The notes below the pieces were generated by a model. It ran no database searches. It was not told where the DNA came from and saw only the letters and a list, made by a program, of their open reading frames with translations. A program made the translations under genes and the position numbers. A stretch of DNA of 64,000 nt from Firmicutes bacterium CAG:884. Lineage in GTDB: Bacteria; Bacillota_I; Bacilli_A; RF39; UBA660. The stretch spans positions 2,908 through 66,907 of the forward strand of contig HF993346.1 of the NCBI GenBank assembly GCA_000433875.1. Reading direction: 5' to 3'. Shown here piece by piece: positions 55,918 to 64,000 of the stretch (position 1 is its first letter; the number at the start of each line of letters is the position of its first letter).

Positions 55918-57266
55918 TTTACCACCTCCAATAAGTTCATAAATTCATTTTTTATTTCTTCTAATTCTTCTAAACTTTTAGCTTCAAACCTTAATGATAA
56001 TCTTGGTGTTGTATTAGAAGATCTAATTAAAGCGAATCCATTTTCAAATTCTACTCTAATTCCGTCAATATTCTCATATTTATAGTTTTGTTCATCAACA
56101 TATTCTTTTATTTTGTTTAAGATATTTTTTTTATTTTCTTCTTTTACTTCTATAAACATTTCATCTGTAGAATAGTATTTATTAAAATCACTTCTTAATT
56201 CTTCAAAACTGATTCCGTTTGATAGGATTTCAATCATTCTAAGACCGGCATATAATCCATCATCAAATCCATAAAACTTATCTTTAAAGAAGAGATGTCC
56301 GGAATATTCACCACCAAAATCAAATTCACCTGTTTGCATCATCATATTTGTATAAGATGCTCCTGTGCGATACATAATTGGTTTTATTTTTAATTTTTTT
56401 AATTCATCAATTAATGTTCTTGAACATTTTACGTCAAATAAAGCATTTCTATATTTTAAATTATTATTTAAATATTTATAAACCATAGCCATTACAATAT
56501 CAATTGATATAGTTTGACCATTTTTGTCTACTATTCCTACTCTATCGGCGTCTCCATCAAGAGCAACTCCGATATCAAATCCTAGTTCCGATACTTTGTC
56601 TTCTAACATTTTCATATTAGCGCGAACACTTGGGTCTGGGTGATGATTAGGAAAATTACCATCACTTATGTCATTAATATATACTGCTTCAATTGGTAAC
56701 TTGGAGATAATTTTTTTAATTATAATTGAGCCTGTTCCATTTCCCGGATCAAATACAGCTTTTATTTTTTTATTTCCAAGATTTAATGATTTAATAATGT
56801 AGTTTGCATAATCATCTTCGATATTTATTTGTTTTAAGGTACCATTACCGGTTTTAAAATCACCTTTTTTAGTATATTCATAAAAGTTTTCTATATCTTT
56901 TCCATAAGCATTTCCGATACTTGTGAAGGAAAATTTAAATCCATTATATTCTTTTGGGTTGTGACTTGCTGTAATCATAATACCGAATGGGTTATTAAGG
57001 TGTTTTCGGGCAAAATATAACATTGGTGTTGTAACAAGGCCTAAATCAATAATATTAATGCCCGTTTCTAATAGTCCTTGAATCATTTTTTTATGAATAC
57101 TTGGGCTAGATAAACGGTTATCATGTCCAACTATTACTTCCTTTGCACCCATTTCAAGTGCTTTCGAGCCATAACTTTTACCTACTAAATAACCTGTTTC
57201 ATCATTAAGAGTAACATTATATATTCCTCTTATGTCATATTCTCTAAACGTTTCTTTTTCTAACAT
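55914..57266 (-). CDS. Phosphohexomutase (phosphoglucomutase/phosphomannomutase family)
   Basis: Active-site Ser loop ITASHNPKEYNGFK, metal-binding DGDADR, and sugar-binding GEYSGH. 450 aa. The FREYDIRG N-terminus is PMM/PGM-like rather than GlmM-like. Confidence 0.8.
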   Translation of the reverse strand: MLEKETFREYDIRGIYNVTLNDETGYLVGKSYGSKALEMGAKEVIVGHDNRLSSPSIHKKMIQGLLETGINIIDLGLVTTPMLYFARKHLNNPFGIMITASHNPKEYNGFKFSFTSIGNAYGKDIENFYEYTKKGDFKTGNGTLKQINIEDDYANYIIKSLNLGNKKIKAVFDPGNGTGSIIIKKIISKLPIEAVYINDISDGNFPNHHPDPSVRANMKMLEDKVSELGFDIGVALDGDADRVGIVDKNGQTISIDIVMAMVYKYLNNNLKYRNALFDVKCSRTLIDELKKLKIKPIMYRTGASYTNMMMQTGEFDFGGEYSGHLFFKDKFYGFDDGLYAGLRMIEILSNGISFEELRSDFNKYYSTDEMFIEVKEENKKNILNKIKEYVDEQNYKYENIDGIRVEFENGFALIRSSNTTPRLSLRFEAKSLEELEEIKNEFMNLLEVVK

Positions 57267-57720
57267 ATTTATTTACCTTTCTAGAACAAGCATTATTTAA
57301 TTCCATTAATTCATTAAATGAAGGAATAAATAGTACATCATTTTCTTTTATTTCTTTATCTAGACAATTGTATTCCCCAAGTAATGATCCTAAAAGAATG
57401 TCACCATAAAACTTAAGTGCGATTAATGATAAATCTTCATTTTCTTTTACTTTATACCAAAAGCTATAACTATTTAAGGTTTCTTCGCTTGGGAAAACAA
57501 TTTTTGTTCCTTCTTTTAAGTCCATTTCTTCTAAACCGTTATACATAAGAACGCGATAATTATATTTTAAATCACGATATTTTATAAAACATATTCTATT
57601 AAATGTATCACCTTTTTTGAAGGTATACTCTTCATCAGCTTTTATAGTTAGGGGCGCTGATAATGTAACTAAAATAAGTGAACTTGCTAGTATTTTTTTG
57701 ATTTTTTTATTATTTATCAT
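57244..57720 (-). CDS. Hypothetical secreted protein
   Basis: Signal peptide MINNKKIKKILASSLILVTLSAPLTIKA, then a 130-aa domain. GGAG SD. Overlaps the phosphohexomutase gene start. Confidence 0.5.
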   Translation of the reverse strand: MINNKKIKKILASSLILVTLSAPLTIKADEEYTFKKGDTFNRICFIKYRDLKYNYRVLMYNGLEEMDLKEGTKIVFPSEETLNSYSFWYKVKENEDLSLIALKFYGDILLGSLLGEYNCLDKEIKENDVLFIPSFNELMELNNACSRKVNKYVRKRNV

Positions 57721-57778
57721 ATCTTCAACTCCAAATATATATTATCATTTTTAGAAAAAAAAAGCAAGTTGTTGCTTT

Positions 57779-58864
57779 TTATTTATGTACTAATACTTTT
57801 GTGCCTACTTTGACATTATTATATATATATTCTGCTACATCGTAAGGTAAATTAACGCATCCGTGGCTTCCGTTTTTCTTATATATTTCACCGCCAAATT
57901 GTTTTCTCCAAGTGGCATCGTGTAAACCGATTCCACCATCAAATGGCATCCAAAAGTCTACGTGTGAATTGTAGTCAGCTCCTTTTAGGTAGCGGTCTTT
58001 TTCTTTGGCATAGATTTTAAAGCTTCCAATGTTTGTTGGTGTGCTATTCTTACCTGTTACGGTTTTTGAGCGCATTAATATGTCATTTTCACAGTATAGA
58101 GAAACTATTTGATCGGTTAAATCAATTTCAATTAATTTTCCTTCTACTTCTTTTAATATATTATTTGCGACATAGCCGGCATATTTATCTGTTTTAATAA
58201 GTGAATAGTCTTTGTTTCTTTCTAATAGATATGCTCCTTCATATTTTTCTAAATAGCCGATTATCGTACCATTTGTGTCATAAATAAAGTCTTTTTGATT
58301 GGCATATACTATTTTTTGGATTGAAACATTTTCTACAGGAAATTGTTTTTTTATTTCTTCGCTATATGATCTTACAAATTCACCGGATACAAATCCTATT
58401 TTTCCGTTGTATTTTACTACATACCAATTATTGTTTGTGATTGCAATTGGTATAATTTCAGTATTTGCTTTAATTAAATCAATTTTGGTATCATATATTG
58501 ATGGGCCTAGTCTAAAATTAACATTTGCAGTCGTATATAAGATATCTTTAACTTCTGTATATTCATATGGAGAGCATTCATCTTTTTCATTAACTTTTAC
58601 ATATTCGTGACTTACATAACCGATTGTATCGTTATATCTAACTAAATCCCAGTTATCGCTTGATAGAATTCTATATGCTGTATCTTTATATTGAAATAAC
58701 CCAATTTTATTACTTTTAGTTGATTCACCATATCTTACATTTACATCTGTTTTAGCTTGTACATAATCATTTTCTGTTTTGATATCAGCAAATACATTAC
58801 TTGTTACAAGTACGCAAGATGCACATAATATAGATAAGGCTTTTTTTCTGATGTTTATTTTCAT
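57779..58864 (-). CDS. L,D-transpeptidase (YkuD domain) with N-terminal SH3b-like repeats
   Basis: C-terminal catalytic GIGLHDATWRKQFGGEIYKKNGSHGCVNL (His...SHGC). Signal peptide, and two ~65-aa repeats (VQAKTDVNVRYGES.. / ANVNFRLGPSI..) resembling SH3b domains. GAGGAG SD. Confidence 0.8.
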   Translation of the reverse strand: MKINIRKKALSILCASCVLVTSNVFADIKTENDYVQAKTDVNVRYGESTKSNKIGLFQYKDTAYRILSSDNWDLVRYNDTIGYVSHEYVKVNEKDECSPYEYTEVKDILYTTANVNFRLGPSIYDTKIDLIKANTEIIPIAITNNNWYVVKYNGKIGFVSGEFVRSYSEEIKKQFPVENVSIQKIVYANQKDFIYDTNGTIIGYLEKYEGAYLLERNKDYSLIKTDKYAGYVANNILKEVEGKLIEIDLTDQIVSLYCENDILMRSKTVTGKNSTPTNIGSFKIYAKEKDRYLKGADYNSHVDFWMPFDGGIGLHDATWRKQFGGEIYKKNGSHGCVNLPYDVAEYIYNNVKVGTKVLVHK

Positions 58865-58917
58865 AATAACTCCTCAAGTATTATTATAGTAGTTTATTTT
58901 ATAAAAGTCAAATAAGC

Positions 58918-59384
58918 CTAAAAAGGCTTATTTATCATATTACATCTAATTGTTATTCGATTCATTCCATCAGTTGTACAGGTATAAAGTGTTAAATCAA
59001 AATCATTATTTATCATTTCATCAACACTTGTTTGTGGTAGTACAAGGGTTTCTTCTACTTCATATATATATTGATTGTTTAAAACATCTGTGAATATTAC
59101 ATAGTCTCCTTGTTTTAATTTGCTTAAATATTTGAAATGTTTTTTATAGGAATGGCCACATATTATCATGTTATTTGTATAAATTGAACCATAATACAAA
59201 CAAGGTGCGATATTGAGGAACCGCTTATTTCAACTACAGGCATAAGTAATGAGGCAATAATAGTTGCTACGGCGACTACTATTATAAGGCCATAAATTGT
59301 ACTCCTTAATATTCTATTATATTTAGATTTGTATGTTTCCCTTTTTAGTTCATTTTCAATATCATTAACATTTAATTTATTCAT
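58918..59384 (-). pseudogene. Sortase gene remnant (frameshifted, internally shortened)
   Basis: The upstream frame (59166..59384) encodes an N-terminal TM anchor ILRSTIYGLIIVVAVATIIASLL. The downstream frame (58918..59199) encodes the sortase His motif NNMIICGHSY, LKQGDYVIF, catalytic TLYTCT (TLxTC) and Arg NRITIR. The two frames overlap near 59166-59232 with a stop between them. The combined length of ~155 aa is below typical sortases. Confidence 0.5.
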
Positions 59385-59818
59385 TTTCTTCTACCTTTAA
59401 ATTTTCTTAAATCCTCTACTTTTTCTTTAATTTCCGGATTTTGTTTAACAATATTTTTGACTTCTAATTCAACATTACGAAGAAGCTCATTTGCTTCCTT
59501 TTCTCTCTTTTTGCATTTTCTTTCTGTGTCTTTTAACATTTTATTTGTTTTTTCTTCTAATTCTTTTTCCCCTTTTTCTTTTAATTCTTTTATATTATTT
59601 AAATATATTTCGGCAGCTTCTTGCGCAACATTAAATATTCCACTTAATTGAAGTGATGCATCAGCAAGTGAACCGGCATTTTTAAATATTACTTTTTTTG
59701 ATTCGAGTTTTTCATTTAATTTTTCAATTTTGTTCTCTAATTCTTCGATTCGTTTTGCTTGTTCAAGTAATATTTCAAGCAATTCTTTTCTGCTCATCTT
59801 TTTAAGTTCCTTATTCAT
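59381..59818 (-). CDS. Hypothetical coiled-coil protein
   Basis: 145 aa, strongly heptad Lys/Glu-rich (ELLEILLEQAKRIEELENKIEKLNEKLE...). GGTGG SD. Its stop overlaps the sortase-remnant start (ATGA). Confidence 0.5.
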   Translation of the reverse strand: MNKELKKMSRKELLEILLEQAKRIEELENKIEKLNEKLESKKVIFKNAGSLADASLQLSGIFNVAQEAAEIYLNNIKELKEKGEKELEEKTNKMLKDTERKCKKREKEANELLRNVELEVKNIVKQNPEIKEKVEDLRKFKGRRK

Positions 59819-60008
59819 TAATAAGCCACCTCTACTTTATCTTATTTGATTTTTTTTAGAATATGTACACTCAAATGTATATATTAACCTCTTGTGGTTA
59901 TTTATTATAATCATTGTCAAATTAAAAAGCAAGTAAAATCTTGAAATTTTTAAAAAAATATTAAAAAAAACGGATTTTTCATACAAAAAAGAAAGAAATT
60001 AATTCTTT

Positions 60009-60965
60009 CTAATTTTCTGCTTCTTCTAACATTGAACCAATATATACACCATATCCTTTTATAGGATTATCAATAATTACGTGAGTAACTGCACCAATTA
60101 TTTTATCGTCTTGTATAATCGGACTACCACTCATTCCTTGCACGATACCACCTGTTTTTTTAATTAGATTTTTATCGGAAATTTCAAATAAAATATTTTT
60201 GATGTCACCTTTATTTATTCTTTCAATAGTTATATCAAACTCTTCTACTTTTGTCCCATCTAAAACTGTTAATATTTTAGCATTTCCGGTTTTAATTTCA
60301 TTAAAGCTTGCTACTTTATATAGTTTTTTATTGGCAATTTTACCTGTATAATTACCAAATATACCTTTGTTTGTATTTTCAAAAACTGATCCAAGAACAC
60401 TATCAGAATAGTATCTTGCATTTTTGCTTCCTGGTATTCCTCTTGAACTTACCGTGATTCCGGTTATAGTTGATTCAAAAATGGAACCGCTATTTGAATT
60501 AAATAACTTTCCTGTAGTCTTTTCAATTATTTCGTGTCCTAAAGCCCCAAATAGTCTTGTTTGTGGATCTATATATGTTAGTGTCCCAATACCTGTTATA
60601 CTATCTTTTACATATAAACCCGATTTATATACTCCATTTTCTAATACAATATTCAAATCTGTTTTGTATTCCTTATTACCTCTAATATAGCCAACACTTA
60701 CAACAGATTTGCCTTTAATTGAATCGATAAAATCTGTGCTTGAACTAATACTTTTGTTATTAATTGTATTAATAACATCTCCAACTTGTAAATTTATTTT
60801 ATTTTTCTTATCTAAACTATAAGTTCCAACAACAAGTACACCATTACTATTAACTCTTATACCAACAGTTTCACCGCCAGCATAAATATAATCTGAATAA
60901 GCATATATATTAAATGGTAAAATAACTAGTAGAAGAAGCATAATCAAGGCTTTTTTTAAATGCAC
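60009..60965 (-). CDS. spoIVB: SpoIVB-like S55 serine peptidase (PDZ + peptidase)
   Basis: PDZ-like LQVGDVINTINNKSISS. S55 catalytic elements GIGTLTY...GALGHEI and GGIVQGMSGSPII (Ser nucleophile context identical to SpoIVB). N-terminal signal/anchor. GTG start with an AGGAG SD. Confidence 0.7.
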   Translation of the reverse strand: MHLKKALIMLLLLVILPFNIYAYSDYIYAGGETVGIRVNSNGVLVVGTYSLDKKNKINLQVGDVINTINNKSISSSTDFIDSIKGKSVVSVGYIRGNKEYKTDLNIVLENGVYKSGLYVKDSITGIGTLTYIDPQTRLFGALGHEIIEKTTGKLFNSNSGSIFESTITGITVSSRGIPGSKNARYYSDSVLGSVFENTNKGIFGNYTGKIANKKLYKVASFNEIKTGNAKILTVLDGTKVEEFDITIERINKGDIKNILFEISDKNLIKKTGGIVQGMSGSPIIQDDKIIGAVTHVIIDNPIKGYGVYIGSMLEEAEN

Positions 60966-61121
60966 TATTTCATCTCCTAACAGACTACATTATTATTATT
61001 TGATTTTTATAATTTTTTATTAATACAAAAACTACCATAATTTTTTGACTTTTTAATTATTTTATCTTTATCTTTTAATTTTATACAAAAAAACTTTACT
61101 AAATGTAAAGTTTCTAATAAT

Positions 61122-61340
61122 TTATTCTTTAACTTCAAAATCTTCAAGTTCACCATTACTTGCAACAATTTTACTTACTTTTTCTTCAACACCTTTTAAT
61201 TCTTCATCACAAGATTTAAGTAAATCCATTGCTTCTTTATATTTGTTAAAAGAATCATCAAGTGTTGATGTACCATTTTCAAGTTCAGCTATAATAGCTT
61301 CTAATTCCATTAATTTATCTTCAAATGTTTTCTTTTTCAT
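61122..61340 (-). CDS. xseB: Exodeoxyribonuclease VII small subunit
   Basis: 72 aa; FEDKLMELEAIIAELENGTSTLDDSFNKYKEAMDLLKSC is canonical XseB. Overlaps the xseA stop. Confidence 0.88.
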   Translation of the reverse strand: MKKKTFEDKLMELEAIIAELENGTSTLDDSFNKYKEAMDLLKSCDEELKGVEEKVSKIVASNGELEDFEVKE

Positions 61341-62602
61341 TTTTCTTCCTCCATTTTATCAATACTTGCATCAACTAATCCATCAACTAATTTAATTTTA
61401 ATTTTATCATTTATTTTTAATTTTTTAATTGAATTAATTGTAGAATTATCTTTATATAATACACTGTATCCTCTTTTTAAAGTGTTTAAAGGATTTATTA
61501 CAAGTAATTTTTCATTTAATTTGTCTAGATATTTTATTTTATCATTATATAGTGTTAGTGGATTTATAATGATATGGTTATTATGCAATATGTTTAGTTT
61601 ATTTTTTTTATTTATGATTATATTATTGATTAATCCATTTAATTTATCACTATACATAATTAATTTTTGTTTTTTGTTATCATACATAATCATAGGATTT
61701 TTTAAAATATATGAGTTTTTAAATCTATCTAGTTCTAAATTAAAAATTTTAATTTTTTTCAAAATTGTTTCATTTAATCTTATTTTTAATTGATCATTAT
61801 GTTTTATTAAATCGGTTAATACGGGAGTTGCTATCATAGCTCCGGCTGTTGGTGTTGCAGCTCTGGCATCGGCTACAAAATCAGCAATTGTAAAATCGGT
61901 TTCGTGGCCTACGGCACTTATTATTGGAATATTACATTTATATATTGCACGCGCGACAATTTCTTCATTGAACGGCCATAAATCTTCAATTGATCCACCG
62001 CCACGACCTACTATTAGTGTGTCTATATTGTAATTTTCGGCAAGATGAATGTTTCTAACAATATCTTCTTTAGCGCCATCACCTTGAACTAAACTTGAAA
62101 AAACAATTATTTCTGTTATTGGGCATCTTCTTTTTATTGTTGTTACGATATCTCTAATAGCTGCTCCGGTTTTTGCTGTTATAACACCTACTCTTTTTGG
62201 AAAAAAAGGTATTACTTTTTTATGTTCTTGATCAAATAATCCTTCTAATTCAAGTTTTTTCTTTAATTCTTCATATTTTTTATATAGATTACCAATTCCG
62301 TCTTCTTCCATTTCATCAACATAGATTTGATAATTTCCTGCTTGTTCATAAATACTTACTCTTCCGTGGACAAGTACTTTTGTTCCGTCGGTTGGATTAA
62401 ACTTTAAATTGAATGTATCACGAGCAAACATTATGGCATTTATTTTGCTTTTTTCATCTTTTAATGAAAAATATAAATGTCCAGTTGGATGTCTTTTAAA
62501 GTTAGATATTTCACCTTTTAAATATACGTTGCGCATTTTCGTGCTATTATCGAACATTAGTTTTAAATAGCTTGTAAATTCACCGATTGTTTGATAATTC
62601 AT
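61337..62602 (-). CDS. xseA: Exodeoxyribonuclease VII large subunit
   Basis: N-terminal OB-fold LKGEISNFKRHPTGHLYFSLKDE and catalytic core GRGGGSIEDLWPFNEE. 421 aa. Confidence 0.88.
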   Translation of the reverse strand: MNYQTIGEFTSYLKLMFDNSTKMRNVYLKGEISNFKRHPTGHLYFSLKDEKSKINAIMFARDTFNLKFNPTDGTKVLVHGRVSIYEQAGNYQIYVDEMEEDGIGNLYKKYEELKKKLELEGLFDQEHKKVIPFFPKRVGVITAKTGAAIRDIVTTIKRRCPITEIIVFSSLVQGDGAKEDIVRNIHLAENYNIDTLIVGRGGGSIEDLWPFNEEIVARAIYKCNIPIISAVGHETDFTIADFVADARAATPTAGAMIATPVLTDLIKHNDQLKIRLNETILKKIKIFNLELDRFKNSYILKNPMIMYDNKKQKLIMYSDKLNGLINNIIINKKNKLNILHNNHIIINPLTLYNDKIKYLDKLNEKLLVINPLNTLKRGYSVLYKDNSTINSIKKLKINDKIKIKLVDGLVDASIDKMEEEK

Positions 62603-63003
62603 TTATTTACCTCTTCGTGATATATTTTGTCTAAAACACCATTTATTAGTTTTACTACTTTATCATCACTATAAGCTTTTGCTAGTTCAATTGCTTCATT
62701 TATTACTACAATGTCTGGTGTATTTGAATATATTAGTTCATATATAGCCATTCTAAGGATTGCTATATCTGTAAAGCCTAATCTATCAATAGTCCAGTCT
62801 TTCATATATTTGTTTGCTAAGTTATCTAATTCATTTTTATATGTTACTGTTCCATATACTATTTCTTTAACAAATTCATTTTCTATTTCTAGATTTTCTT
62901 TTATTAATTCATCAACATTGTATTCAATTTTATTTTTGTCAAAAACTGCAATTTGATACAAAATTGTCATTATTTTTTTTCTTAATTCACTTCTTGTTTC
63001 CAT
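62599..63003 (-). CDS. nusB: Transcription antitermination factor NusB
   Basis: 134 aa; RSELRKKIMTILYQ...DRLGFTDIAILRMAIYEL is the NusB family. Sits upstream of xseA, as in Bacillus. Confidence 0.85.
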   Translation of the reverse strand: METRSELRKKIMTILYQIAVFDKNKIEYNVDELIKENLEIENEFVKEIVYGTVTYKNELDNLANKYMKDWTIDRLGFTDIAILRMAIYELIYSNTPDIVVINEAIELAKAYSDDKVVKLINGVLDKIYHEEVNK

Positions 63004-63053
63004 TTTTTCACGTCCTCAAACAATTATATACTATTTTTAAAATAAAATAAATA

Positions 63054-64000
63054 TTATTTTACCATTTCTTTTAATTTATACAAAATATTTAATGCATCCA
63101 TTGGTGTTGTATTCATTGGATCAATTTTTTTAAGTTCTTCTTCTACTGGACTTTCTTTTTGAACTAAGTCATCTAGTGGTAATGCTTCTTGAATTTTGAT
63201 GTCTCTTTTTCTTTCTTTATTTTCATAAACGTTTAATATTTGATCGGCTCTTTTTATTAAGTTATCTGGAAGTCCTGCTAAACGGGCTACGTGAATTCCA
63301 TAACTTTTATCGATGCTTCCTTCTTCGATTTTGTGCAAAAAGGTAATGTTTCCGTCTTCTAGATGTGCACTTACGTGAATATTTTTTAAGTGTTTTAGAT
63401 TATTTTCTAGGTCTGTTAATTCGTGGTAATGTGTACTAAATAGCGTTTTACATTTTATGTTATCGTGAATGTATTCGATTATTGATTGAGCGAGTGCCAT
63501 TCCATCGAATGTTGCTGTTCCTCTTCCTAATTCATCGAATAGGATTAAACTATTTTCGGTTGCTTTTTTTATTGCCATATTTGCTTCATTCATTTCAACC
63601 ATAAATGTTGATTCACCGCTTACTAAGTCATCACTTGCACCGATTCTTGTAAATATTTTATCAAATATTGGTAAAAATGCTTCATCAGCTGGTACGAACG
63701 ATCCCATTTGTGCCATTATAACAGTAATTGCGAACTGGCGCATATATGTTGATTTTCCGGCCATATTTGGTCCTGTTATTAATAGAATGTTGGTATTTTT
63801 ATCAAATTTAATATCATTTTTTACATAATTATTGATCACTTTTTCAATTACTGGGTGTCTATTTTCAATTATATTTACTTCGTTATTATGTGAGAATGTT
63901 GGTCTTACATAATTGTTTTCTTCAGTAATAGTTGCGAATGATTGTAATACATCTATTTCGCTTATAATATGCGCGATAGCTTGTAATTTAACGATATATT
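63054..64000 (-). CDS. mutS: DNA mismatch repair protein MutS (3' portion; gene continues beyond window end)
   Basis: Walker [23 protein letters not shown], Walker [19 protein letters not shown]. The reading frame stays open upstream of the first Met (…[20 protein letters not shown]…) to position 64000. Confidence 0.85.
   Translation of the reverse strand, partial: YIVKLQAIAHIISEIDVLQSFATITEENNYVRPTFSHNNEVNIIENRHPVIEKVINNYVKNDIKFDKNTNILLITGPNMAGKSTYMRQFAITVIMAQMGSFVPADEAFLPIFDKIFTRIGASDDLVSGESTFMVEMNEANMAIKKATENSLILFDELGRGTATFDGMALAQSIIEYIHDNIKCKTLFSTHYHELTDLENNLKHLKNIHVSAHLEDGNITFLHKIEEGSIDKSYGIHVARLAGLPDNLIKRADQILNVYENKERKRDIKIQEALPLDDLVQKESPVEEELKKIDPMNTTPMDALNILYKLKEMVK

Noticed and set aside
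1-64000. CRISPR arrays, rRNA operons, IS transposases
   Set aside because: No short direct repeats interspersed with unique spacers. No 16S/23S-like conserved stretches. No DDE/HTH transposase-like ORF. The only tyrosine recombinase is the housekeeping-like xerD gene.

Overview
This window is a very AT-rich, low-GC Firmicute (Bacillota-type) chromosomal segment. SD-like GGAGG/GGTGA ribosome-binding sites occur throughout, as do TTG and GTG starts. The first ~10 kb is the conserved rplK-rplA-(L10 leader)-rplJ-rplL-ybxB-rpoB-rpoC block. Mostly housekeeping genes follow: a GT2 glycosyltransferase, maf, a TrmH-family rRNA methyltransferase, rimM, trmD, a SigF/SigG-like sigma factor, ylmC/ymxH, a MurF-like pseudo-ligase and murE, and an NCS2 permease. 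Two tRNA gene pairs are present: Thr-CGU and Gln-CUG on the minus strand, Glu-CUC and Met-CAU on the plus strand. Next come a MarR + heterodimeric ABC exporter + CDF module, a DUF285 tandem-repeat surface protein, tcdA-like, smc, lemA-htpX, def, queH, uppP, holA, rarA, xerD-like, mnmA, mscL, a phosphohexomutase, an L,D-transpeptidase, a SpoIVB-like peptidase, xseAB, nusB and the 3' end of mutS.

Accessory-looking content is scattered through this backbone:
- A class II Fic gene bracketed by two ~90-bp direct repeats, each carrying two hairpins, next to the tRNA genes.
- A divergent block of ATP-grasp (ATPgrasp_ST-like), def, an ABC exporter with a degenerate signature motif and a polyprenyl-phosphate sugar transferase.
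- A 256-aa eukaryotic-like mini-kinase.
- A transglutaminase-like protein, two paralogous small lipoproteins and a zinc-ribbon membrane protein.
- An internally deleted and frameshifted sortase gene.
- A ~700-bp extremely AT-rich non-coding tract after the xerD-like gene. It contains an unannotated 34-codon ORF with a strong SD; the product has a Lys-rich N-terminus and a CRCNDCKCNDCK C-terminus.

No CRISPR array, rRNA genes or obvious IS transposase were seen. All calls rest on reading the translations and DNA by eye; no database search was possible.
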